A DNA stretch of 64,000 nucleotides, from the NCBI GenBank assembly GCA_021787985.1, contig JAJYLG010000008.1, positions 2,821 through 66,820 on the forward strand. Direction: 5' to 3'. The notes beneath the pieces were generated by a model, which did not search any database, was not told the origin of the DNA, and was given only the letters and a program-made list of their open reading frames with translations. Made by a program: the position numbers and the translations under genes. Shown here one piece after another: positions 1 to 7,857 of this stretch. Within the stretch, counting starts at the first letter, position 1; the number at the start of each line of letters is the position of its first letter. The stretch is from Chloroflexota bacterium. GTDB taxonomy: Bacteria; Chloroflexota; Dehalococcoidia; DSGV01.

Positions 1-1
1 C

Positions 2-646
2 GCGGACCTCAAGTACGTGCGGGAGAAGGGCGACGAGCAGGACTTCTCCTATCTGCAGCCGGAAGGCAGGCAGCCGGACGCGGGATTCGGCACCAGCTTC
101 AAGGAGATCCTGGAGTACATCCACAGCACGATCTCGGAGATCAAGCGGGCCAACAAGCCGTTCATCGCCGCCGTGAAGGGGGTGGCCGCCGCCGGAGGGT
201 TCGGGCTGGCGATGGCGTGCGACCTCGTGTACGCGTCCGACGACGCCGCGTTCGAGTGGGCGTACCGCAAGACCGGCCTGACGGGCGCCGAGAGCTCGAC
301 CTTCTTTCTGCCGCGGCTCGTCGGCCTGCGCAAGGCCATGGAGCTCGTGCTGTTGAACCCCCGACTGACGGCGGCCCAGGCGCTGGAGCTCGGCCTGGTC
401 AACGCGGTCTTCTCTCGCGCGACCTTCGACGCCTCGGTGATGGCGGTAGCCGAGAAGCTGGCCGAGGGACCGACACGCGCGCTGGGCATCGCCAAGACCT
501 TGATCCACTCGGCGGTGGCCGGTGACCGCCTCGACTACCACCTGGACTTGGAGCTGGAGCACCTGGCCCGCATCGCGGAGACGAGGGAGTTCGCCGAGGG
601 GCTCGACGCGTTTCTCGAGAAGCGCGAGCCGAAGTTCGACAGCTAG
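2..646 (+). CDS. Enoyl-CoA hydratase/isomerase (crotonase) family protein, 5' partial; HypX-like Tyr/Glu signature
   Basis: The frame is open from the window edge (ADLKYVREK...). Crotonase motifs IAAVKGVAAAGGFGLAMACD, LPRLVG and C-terminal EGLDAFLEKREPKF are present. Confidence 0.85.
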   Translation, partial: ADLKYVREKGDEQDFSYLQPEGRQPDAGFGTSFKEILEYIHSTISEIKRANKPFIAAVKGVAAAGGFGLAMACDLVYASDDAAFEWAYRKTGLTGAESSTFFLPRLVGLRKAMELVLLNPRLTAAQALELGLVNAVFSRATFDASVMAVAEKLAEGPTRALGIAKTLIHSAVAGDRLDYHLDLELEHLARIAETREFAEGLDAFLEKREPKFDS

Positions 647-692
647 TCGCTCGGTCGCGCGCGGCAGACCAGGGCGGGGAGCGGGTGCCACG

Positions 693-1787
693 ATGAAGCC
701 AGTGCGGCACGAGGCCGGGGGAAGCGAAAGCGGCGAGACACGGCAGCGAAGCCGGCTGTTTTTCGGCGACGAGCGAGTATCGATGGCGCACGGCAGCGGT
801 GGCCGGGCGAGCCACACGCTGGTCAACCGGCTCTTCCTCGAGCTCTTCCGCAATCCCCTGCTCGAGAAGCTGGATGACCAGGCCGTGTTCGCGCTGGACG
901 AGGACAGCGGTCCGCGACTCGCCCTCACCACCGATTCGTTCGTGATCCATCCGCTCTTCTTTCCGGGCGGCGACATCGGCAAGCTGGCGGTCCACGGCAC
1001 CATCAACGACCTCGCCATGTCCGGCGCACGTCCGCTGCACCTCTCGGCCGGCTTCATCCTCGAGGAGGGCTTGCCGCTCGGCGACCTGCAGCGCATCGCC
1101 GAGTCGATGGCCGAGGCCTGCGCCCGCTGCGGCGTGGCGATCGTGACCGGCGACACGAAAGTGGTGAACCGCGGCAAGGGCGATGGCGTCTTCATCAACA
1201 CGACGGGGATCGGAATCGTCCCAGATGGCGTGAGCATCTCCGCTTCCAACGCCCGGCCGGGTGACCGGGTGATCGTCAGCGGTCCCATCGGCGAGCACGG
1301 GGTCGCCATCATGATCGCCCGCGGTGGGCTGGACTTCGAGGCGGAGATCGCCAGCGACACGGCCGCGCTGCACTCGCTGGTGGGGACGATGCTCGCGGTG
1401 ACACCTCGCATCCACTGTTTGCGGGACCCGACGCGCGGCGGGGTGGCGACCGTGCTCAACGAGATCGCGGAGCGGTCGGAGGTAGGGATCGTCATCGACG
1501 AGGCCCGCGTCCCGGTCTCCGAGCCGGTCCGCAGCGCGTGCGAGGTGCTGGGCATCGACCCGCTCTACGTCGCCAACGAGGGCAAGCTGGTGGCGGTCGT
1601 GCCGGGCGACGTGGCCGAGGACGTCGTATCCGCCATGCGCCAATGCGATTGTGGGCTGGGACGGGAGGCAACCATCGTGGGTGAGGTGGTGGAAGAGCCG
1701 CGGCGGCGAGTGCTGCTGCGCACCGCGCTGGGGGGAACTCGCATCGTGGACATGCTCGTTGGCGACCCGCTCCCTCGCATCTGCTGA
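693..1787 (+). CDS. hypE: Hydrogenase maturation carbamoyl dehydratase HypE
   Basis: Motifs MAHGSGG, TTDSFVI.PLFFPGGDIGKLAVHGTINDL, GDTKVV and RDPTRGG, plus the diagnostic C-terminal PRIC. Start taken at ATG 693. Confidence 0.95.
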   Translation: MKPVRHEAGGSESGETRQRSRLFFGDERVSMAHGSGGRASHTLVNRLFLELFRNPLLEKLDDQAVFALDEDSGPRLALTTDSFVIHPLFFPGGDIGKLAVHGTINDLAMSGARPLHLSAGFILEEGLPLGDLQRIAESMAEACARCGVAIVTGDTKVVNRGKGDGVFINTTGIGIVPDGVSISASNARPGDRVIVSGPIGEHGVAIMIARGGLDFEAEIASDTAALHSLVGTMLAVTPRIHCLRDPTRGGVATVLNEIAERSEVGIVIDEARVPVSEPVRSACEVLGIDPLYVANEGKLVAVVPGDVAEDVVSAMRQCDCGLGREATIVGEVVEEPRRRVLLRTALGGTRIVDMLVGDPLPRIC

Positions 1788-1803
1788 TGGTGGTGCCCTT
1801 GCC

Positions 1804-2358
1804 GTGCTCAACGCATGTGGACCAGATGACCCTCGCGAGCCGCGGGTGCTCGTCGCCGGCATGGGGACCGTCCTGCGGAAGGACGACGGGTTCGGCGTGG
1901 CGGTGGTCCGTCACCTGATGGAGACCTGGCGGCCACGTCCCGCGAACGTCACGCTGGTCGACTGCGGGGCGGCTGGGATCAGCCTCGTGCAGGAGCTTCT
2001 GGACGGATACGACGCCCTGATCGTGGTGGACGCGGTGCGGCGCCACGGGCGTCCGGGAACGATCTACGTGCTGGAGCCGCGGGTCCAAGCGCTGATGGAG
2101 CGGGATGATTCCCTGCGCCAAGCGTCTCTCACGGACGCCCATCTGATGGAGCCGGGCCAGGTGTTCGCCGTCGCACACGGTCTGGGTGTGTTGCCGCCGT
2201 ACGTGCGCGTGGTGGGCTGCGAACCGGCCGAGGTCGATGAGGCCGAGATCGGCCTGTCGGCCAGCCTGCAGCACGCGCTCCGCCCGGCGGCGCACCGCGT
2301 CCGCGCGCTGGCGGAGGAGCTGGTCGCGCCGCCGCGGAGCGGTTCGTCCTCGGAGTAG
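1804..2358 (+). CDS. Hydrogenase maturation endopeptidase (HyaD/HybD family)
   Basis: RVLVAGMGTVLRKDDGFG, IVVDAV..G.PGTIY, DAH and VVGCEP motifs. The start (GTG 1804) is uncertain. Confidence 0.85.
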   Translation: MLNACGPDDPREPRVLVAGMGTVLRKDDGFGVAVVRHLMETWRPRPANVTLVDCGAAGISLVQELLDGYDALIVVDAVRRHGRPGTIYVLEPRVQALMERDDSLRQASLTDAHLMEPGQVFAVAHGLGVLPPYVRVVGCEPAEVDEAEIGLSASLQHALRPAAHRVRALAEELVAPPRSGSSSE

Positions 2359-2387
2359 CGCTGCGCGCCGCGACCAAGAACGGGCGG

Positions 2388-2408
2388 CGGCCGGTCACTG
2401 ACCGGCCG
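2388..2408. terminator. Inverted repeat between convergent genes (possible bidirectional terminator)
   Basis: CGGCCGGTCA-C-TGACCGGCCG is a perfect 10-bp inverted repeat. It has no U-tract. Confidence 0.45.
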
Positions 2409-2423
2409 GAGCTGTGGGTGGCG

Positions 2424-2801
2424 CTAACGCCCGAGGTGCGAGGGACAGGGCTCGCCGGCGTGCGCGGGGTCATGGCACCAGCACCCCGGGATGCACTCGC
2501 CGTGCGCCAGCCGGGTCATGTCACGAAAGGTATCTCGGAAGCGCATCGCCCCCTCGCGCTCGCCGCGTTCGGTCAGTCGATAACGCTCGTCCTCGCGTTT
2601 CAGGTCACCCTCTCGGGCGAGGCGGTCCATCTGTGCCTCGACTACGGCGACGTCCCCGGCAAGGAAACCGGCCAGCCCCTGGGCGTTCACCTCGCTGGCA
2701 AGCCCCTCGCCGCGAAGCCAGTACATCGCTTCCAGGATCTCGTCCCGCCAGAACAGGTCGTCGAGCGCGCCGTTGTCGTGCATCCGGCGTTCGCTCCTCA
2801 C
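2424..2801 (-). CDS. Hydrogenase-associated winged-helix-like protein with a C-terminal His/Cys cluster
   Basis: Helical core (FWRDEILEAMYWLRGEG...YRLTERG) and tail HGECIPGCWCHDPAH...CPSH. It overlaps the stop of the upstream protease, consistent with coupling. Confidence 0.7.
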   Translation of the reverse strand: MRSERRMHDNGALDDLFWRDEILEAMYWLRGEGLASEVNAQGLAGFLAGDVAVVEAQMDRLAREGDLKREDERYRLTERGEREGAMRFRDTFRDMTRLAHGECIPGCWCHDPAHAGEPCPSHLGR

Positions 2802-3424
2802 GGAAGGGGCGCGCCGGCGCGGGCGCGCTCAACCAGATCGCGCACGACGATCTGCGCGCGTTGCAGCGCCGCCTCGGCCGCCCGGCTGAGATCCGGACCC
2901 CAGTGCTGATCGGAGGGCTGTACCTCGACCGTCAGGGTGCGCCGCGGGAGCGCGTCGAAATGGTCGAGGATCATCAGGAGGTTCTCGAGGCTCACGACGC
3001 CGGTGACCGCCTCGCCGATACGCCGCTGTAGCTCGTCCGCCGATGGACGCCTCCCCCGCCACGGAGCAACAGTCACCGTGCCGGGTTCGAGGCCCCGGTC
3101 GACCGCGGCGAGGAATACCCCCACGCTGAAGCGGGCGACAGCCTGCAACTGGAACAGGACGTCGATCGGGCCGTAGCTCAGGTCTGCCACGACCACCTCT
3201 GGAGGCCAGTCAAGCCGCTGCAAGCGCTCGATCAGCAATGGGCCCGCGGACATGTCACGCAGATTCGTGTAACCCACTCCGCCCACCAGCACTCGCCGCC
3301 CGTCCCCGCCGGAAGAGTCGGTCGCTGGCGGCAGCGAAGACACGTCCGGTGCGAGCGGCTCGCCCGGGCTGAGGATGGCCGCGAGCGGGTTGAAGGTGCG
3401 CTCGATACGTCCGGCGGAGGGCAT
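2798..3424 (-). CDS. Divergent hydrogenase maturation protease-like protein
   Basis: RVLVGGVGYTNLRDMSAGP, DLSYGPID and VEVQP are HyaD-like. ATG 3424 lies 4 nt after the large-subunit stop. Confidence 0.75.
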   Translation of the reverse strand: MPSAGRIERTFNPLAAILSPGEPLAPDVSSLPPATDSSGGDGRRVLVGGVGYTNLRDMSAGPLLIERLQRLDWPPEVVVADLSYGPIDVLFQLQAVARFSVGVFLAAVDRGLEPGTVTVAPWRGRRPSADELQRRIGEAVTGVVSLENLLMILDHFDALPRRTLTVEVQPSDQHWGPDLSRAAEAALQRAQIVVRDLVERARAGAPLP

Positions 3425-3428
3425 GTCC

Positions 3429-5303
3429 CTATTCTTCCTCCAAGAGGCAGGCGCAGGTGTTGACCTCGCGGACGATCGCCCTATCGCCGGCAAAGACGTG
3501 GGTGGTGCAGGGCATGCACGGGTCGAAGCTGCGGATGGCACGCAGGATGTCGATCCCCTTGAAATCCTCCTGGCGGTCGAACCGCTCGATGACCGGCGTG
3601 CTGAGCACCGCTTCCTCGTAGGGTCCCGGATTCCCCCAGGGGTCCCGCGGCGAGGCGTTCAGGGTGGACGGGGTGATGATCTGGTAGTTGGTCACCACTC
3701 CCTTGTCCATGACGAGATGGTGGGTGAGGTAGCCGCGGCCGGCGCCCCAGAATCCGGCGCCGAGCCGCTGGTCGTTGGGCACGCGGTAGTCACGGCTTAC
3801 GGCAACGTCGCCGCGCTTCATCAGATCGTACGCCGCCATGAGGTTGCTGAGCGCCACCAGTGCCGTGTAGGCCACGGCGTACGCCCGCGCGCGGTTGCGC
3901 TCGATGGCATTCCACTCGTCCGGGATGTGCCACTCGAGCTCCGTCTCCGGCAGCCTGCCCTTCGGCACGACCATCTTGAGACTGTGGCCGGTGGACTCGA
4001 TGAACGGGTTCGCCGGCAGTTTCTGAGCCGCGGCCGTGGTCCACATCCGCACGTACACGCCGGCCTCCACCGCCACCCGGTCCCAGCGCGGCGCCGTGTC
4101 CCAGGTGTACTTCTCCTTCCAGCTCCGGCCGACGGGCTTCGGTCGTGTCTCCTTGTTCCACGGATGGAACGGGCTGAGCGGGTATCCGGCGGGATCCGTC
4201 GGGAATTTCTGCCCGCTCCAGTCTTCGTAATAGGAGTGCTCGACGAACTCCTCGAGGCCCGCGTTCATGGCGTGAAGGTTCGTCGTGACCAGCTCGCCGT
4301 CGCGCACGACGCCGGGGGTGTTCCATCGTCGCTCACCCCACTGGGCCGCGTGTTCGTAGACCGCGTCGTATGCCTCGTGGTGGTCCCAGATCCCGGCGTC
4401 GATCAGGTTCTTCGGTCGTGCGCCCACCTGGCGAAAGCGCGGCTCGACCGCGTAGAGGAAGTCGTACACGTCGTCCCACAGGGGCGCGACCTTCTTGGCG
4501 TAGTCGAGGATGTCGAACAGGCGGGACTGGTACTCGTTGAAGACGCGAAACGATATTGTCGTGCTGATGCCGCCGGGCACGATCGTCTGGGGGTGTGGGT
4601 ACTTGCCCCACACCAGCACCGTCATCTCCCGGGCCTTACGCGTGATCTCGAGCGCTTCCAGGTATAGGGAGCCGCTCAGCGGGTTGAGCGCCGCCATGAT
4701 GTCACCGATCGTGCCGAATCCGTGCACGGCGGCGTGCGGCGCGGCGGTGTGCTCGGCGCGCTCCCAGATCTCGGGGTTAGTGGCGCGAATCGCGGACTCG
4801 GAGTAGTCCGGTCCGCCGAGCAGGAAGAGGTGCAACGGGTTGTCGTAGAGGAACTCGGCCGTCTGCCCGAGATTGCGCACGACGATGCCCATCGGCGGCG
4901 GCTGCACACCGAAGGCCATCTCGATCGCCTCTGCCGAGCAGTTGGCGTGGACCCCACCGCAGACGCCGCACGCGCGGCTGCTGATGAAGATCGCGTCCCG
5001 CGGATCGCGCCCCTTGAGGATGACCTCGTAGCCGCGGAATAGGGTCGCCATCGCGTGCGCGTCGAGCACACGGCCCTCGTTCAGGTCGACGACCGCGTGG
5101 AACGCCAGGGCGCCGGCCACGCGCGTCACCGGGTCGATGCTCACCTCCTGGATGTGGCCGTTGCGGCGCAGCAACTCCTCGATGCGTTCCTGCTGGGTCG
5201 CCACCGTTGTCGTCGCGCGAACTCCATATGGGTCGGCGACGTTGGCCTTGAGGCGTGCTCTGCCGGACTCGTCGAACTCAATCGGCAGGTTCTTGAAGCA
5301 CAT
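3429..5303 (-). CDS. hylL: [NiFe]-hydrogenase large subunit, group 1 (probably 1l/Hyl)
   Basis: L1 motif SRACGVCGGVH, L2 motif DPCMPCTTH followed by a cleavable C-terminal extension, and a GGAGGAG RBS. The subgroup and symbol are inferred from gene architecture. Confidence 0.9.
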   Translation of the reverse strand: MCFKNLPIEFDESGRARLKANVADPYGVRATTTVATQQERIEELLRRNGHIQEVSIDPVTRVAGALAFHAVVDLNEGRVLDAHAMATLFRGYEVILKGRDPRDAIFISSRACGVCGGVHANCSAEAIEMAFGVQPPPMGIVVRNLGQTAEFLYDNPLHLFLLGGPDYSESAIRATNPEIWERAEHTAAPHAAVHGFGTIGDIMAALNPLSGSLYLEALEITRKAREMTVLVWGKYPHPQTIVPGGISTTISFRVFNEYQSRLFDILDYAKKVAPLWDDVYDFLYAVEPRFRQVGARPKNLIDAGIWDHHEAYDAVYEHAAQWGERRWNTPGVVRDGELVTTNLHAMNAGLEEFVEHSYYEDWSGQKFPTDPAGYPLSPFHPWNKETRPKPVGRSWKEKYTWDTAPRWDRVAVEAGVYVRMWTTAAAQKLPANPFIESTGHSLKMVVPKGRLPETELEWHIPDEWNAIERNRARAYAVAYTALVALSNLMAAYDLMKRGDVAVSRDYRVPNDQRLGAGFWGAGRGYLTHHLVMDKGVVTNYQIITPSTLNASPRDPWGNPGPYEEAVLSTPVIERFDRQEDFKGIDILRAIRSFDPCMPCTTHVFAGDRAIVREVNTCACLLEEE

Positions 5304-5327
5304 GGCGTCTCCTCCCCGTGTCCCGCG

Positions 5328-5621
5328 CTAGGGGGCTGTTCGCCCGGGCGCACCAGGCGGCAAGCGGTTGTTCAGCGACCGCAGGTTGGCAGTCAGGCCG
5401 TCGGCGCCCGTCGCGAGCGCTTCCAAGCCGCGCCGGAGCGGCGGCACCTGCCCCTCGAGGAGAGCGGTCTGACGGTCGATAGCCGCGACCCCCCAGACGA
5501 TCTTCGCGGCGGTAAGGCGGATGCGCTCCAGGGAGCGCCGTATCCGGTTCAGGGCCAGCGCCAGCAGCGCGAGGAAGAGAAGGAGGAGCACGGCCGAGAG
5601 GATCGCCAGGATCACCGTCAT
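5328..5621 (-). CDS. Single-pass membrane protein with coiled-coil tail (HylTM-like #4)
   Basis: N-terminal hydrophobic helix (VILAILSAVLLLLFLALLALAL), amphipathic tail and RBS AGGTGG. The ATG overlaps the upstream stop. Confidence 0.75.
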   Translation of the reverse strand: MTVILAILSAVLLLLFLALLALALNRIRRSLERIRLTAAKIVWGVAAIDRQTALLEGQVPPLRRGLEALATGADGLTANLRSLNNRLPPGAPGRTAP

Positions 5622-5923
5622 CTTGTCCCACCTTCGTTCACCAGGCCCGCGGTTCTCAGCCTCGCGCCCAGGTCGACGGCGACCTGCGCGATTCCGTCCG
5701 CCCCGACGCCGAGCCGCTGGGCGGTGCTCGCCAGGGGGCCGAGCTCCGGGAGCGCGGCCGAGTTGCGGCCGATGCCCTCAATTGAACGGAGCGCCGTTCG
5801 AGCCTGCAGGTCGATGGCTCGCAGGTGCACGACGATTCGGGTCACCATCAGCACCGCCACCAGCGTCAGCGGGAGCGCGGCCAGCAGCGCCACGAGCCAG
5901 ACAATCGCCGCCGTTAGGTTCAT
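5618..5923 (-). CDS. Single-pass membrane protein (HylTM-like #3)
   Basis: N-terminal TM helix, L..I...A...L.SI.GI..N pattern and RBS GAGGAG. Confidence 0.75.
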   Translation of the reverse strand: MNLTAAIVWLVALLAALPLTLVAVLMVTRIVVHLRAIDLQARTALRSIEGIGRNSAALPELGPLASTAQRLGVGADGIAQVAVDLGARLRTAGLVNEGGTR

Positions 5924-5933
5924 ATGCCGCTCC

Positions 5934-6230
5934 TCACGCTGCCGCCGAGCGGCTGCTGCCGGCGGCGTCCGGCTCGCCGCCGAGATCTCCGGACGTGGCC
6001 TCGAGGTCGGAGGCTACGCGACCGAGGGCCGCGTTCACCTGCCCGAGCTGCTCGTTGAGAGGCCGCGTCACATCTTCGACCACCGCCATCAGGCGCGAGA
6101 TCCGGACGAACGAGTCGCCTACCCTGCGCAGGTAGACGAGGATCGTCACCAGGCTGACCGCAAGCACGAGCGCGACAACGACCGCGTACACGAGCGAGAT
6201 GATCTGGACTACGAGGATGAACGTGTCCAC
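5934..6230 (-). CDS. Single-pass membrane protein (HylTM-like #2)
   Basis: GTG start after GGAGG, a TM helix, then LRRVGDSF.RISRLM.VVEDVTRPL...LGQVN. Confidence 0.75.
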   Translation of the reverse strand: MDTFILVVQIISLVYAVVVALVLAVSLVTILVYLRRVGDSFVRISRLMAVVEDVTRPLNEQLGQVNAALGRVASDLEATSGDLGGEPDAAGSSRSAAA

Positions 6231-6242
6231 AGCATCCTCCGG

Positions 6243-6539
6243 CTAGGACGGTCCCGGCCGCTGTGCCGCCAGCTTGTCATCGAGGGCGGCGGTCGCCGCG
6301 GCGATGGCAACCACCGCGGCGAGAATGCGGCCCGCGGTCTGATTCGTCTGCGCAAGGAGTGGGATGCTGGTCGTGTTCGACGCGATGCCCTTGCCAGCCT
6401 GCCACACCTCGAGGGCGTGGCGATCGATTCGCTCGGCCGCGCGCCAGATCGCGATCAGCAGCACGGCAACGACCAGCAGCACGACGACCGCGATGATGAG
6501 GATGATCCACCAGAACTGCGGGATGGTAGCGTCGGGCAT
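6243..6539 (-). CDS. Single-pass membrane protein (HylTM-like #1)
   Basis: RBS AGGAGG, TM helix FWWIILIIAVVVLLVVAVLLIAI, then RI...A.EVW..GKGIASNT. Confidence 0.75.
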   Translation of the reverse strand: MPDATIPQFWWIILIIAVVVLLVVAVLLIAIWRAAERIDRHALEVWQAGKGIASNTTSIPLLAQTNQTAGRILAAVVAIAAATAALDDKLAAQRPGPS

Positions 6540-6588
6540 GTGGGATTCCTCCTCCTCCCGTCCCGACCGTTCGCTCGCGCGAACGGTC

Positions 6589-7830
6589 CTACTCCGGCTT
6601 GGCGGCCGTGCCGTGACGCTGGCGCCGGTTGTAGAGGAACTCCAGCGTCCGGTCCACCACGGGCAGCTCGTACTCGGCGCCCCAGCCGCTGGGGATGCGC
6701 TTCTCCCGGTCCCAGCGGGTCGAGTGATTGCGGTCTCGCTGGGTCACTCTGCGAAGCGCGCGCACCAGCGCCCCGCCGGTCTTCGAGATGCTGCTGGACA
6801 CGAGGACGCCCGGTGCAGCCTTGTAGAAGGGCGCGAACTTGTCCGGGAAGCCCGGCATGGTGCAGCCGATGCAGACGCCCCCCGCGTGCATGCAGCCGCC
6901 GACGCCGTTGATGGCGCCTCGTGAGGTGATGTTGCAGTTCACCACGGGGCCCCAGCAGCCGATCTCGACCAGGCACTCGCGGTCGCCGGGGGAGTCGGCG
7001 AAGGTGCCCTCCTCGTAGTAGCCCGCGCGATTGCACTGGCGGTGGACCGTCTCGCTGAAGAGCCAGGCTGGTCGTCCCAGCTCGTCGAACTCCGGCACCG
7101 GTCCGAGGCCCTGCAAGAACAGCAGCACGGCGGCGACCGTCTCCGTGAAGTTGTCTCCGACCGGCGCGCAGCCCGGGATGTTGACGACCGGCAGGCCGAG
7201 CGCGCTGCGATACTCGGGTCCCAAGAAGTCCATCACACCCATCGCGCCCGTGGGATTGTGGTAGGCGGCGGGGATGCCGCCCCACGTGGCGCAGGTGCCG
7301 ATGGCGATGACCGCCGCCGCGCCCGGGGCCATGCGCTTGAGCCACGTCGCCGACGGCACGGCGCGGGCTTCACCTCGTGCCTCGTCGAGCTCCTCGCCCA
7401 CCGCCGACCAGTAGCCCTCACCGGCTCGCGCCTCGTCGGCAACCGAACCCTCGTAGACGACTACATAGGGGACGCCCAGCGTGCCTTCCGCCGCGCTGCG
7501 TGCGGCCCGCATGAACGGCTCGCCTGCCTCGACGTTGATCGCCGTGTGATGGAGGAAAACCTGCGGCAGCCCCGGCAACGTGCCCAGCAGCAGGTCCTCG
7601 ACGCGCGGCGCGGTCGCCCCGAGGACCGCGATGCTGCATCCGTCGCAGCTCATCCCCGCCAGCCAGAAAACGTGGACGGCGGTGTACGGACCGAGCAGGC
7701 TATCCTTGCCAAGCCGCTCCCGCGCCTGCCGCGCGATCTCCTCGGTGGTCGCGCCGGCAATGTTGCCGACCATCCCCATGCCGCGGCCCGGTGCGACCCC
7801 GACGGACGGTTTCTCCGTGGTCACCATCAC
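6589..7830 (-). CDS. hylS: [NiFe]-hydrogenase small subunit without a Tat signal
   Basis: Fe-S ligand motifs SCDGCS, GTCATWGG, PGCAP, HRQC, CL..IGC.GP..NC and GGC...GGVCIGC..PGFPD. RBS GAGGAGG. No RRxFLK motif. Confidence 0.9.
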   Translation of the reverse strand: MMVTTEKPSVGVAPGRGMGMVGNIAGATTEEIARQARERLGKDSLLGPYTAVHVFWLAGMSCDGCSIAVLGATAPRVEDLLLGTLPGLPQVFLHHTAINVEAGEPFMRAARSAAEGTLGVPYVVVYEGSVADEARAGEGYWSAVGEELDEARGEARAVPSATWLKRMAPGAAAVIAIGTCATWGGIPAAYHNPTGAMGVMDFLGPEYRSALGLPVVNIPGCAPVGDNFTETVAAVLLFLQGLGPVPEFDELGRPAWLFSETVHRQCNRAGYYEEGTFADSPGDRECLVEIGCWGPVVNCNITSRGAINGVGGCMHAGGVCIGCTMPGFPDKFAPFYKAAPGVLVSSSISKTGGALVRALRRVTQRDRNHSTRWDREKRIPSGWGAEYELPVVDRTLEFLYNRRQRHGTAAKPE

Positions 7831-7857
7831 CCGTGCTCCTCCTCCCCCCGCCGGCCG

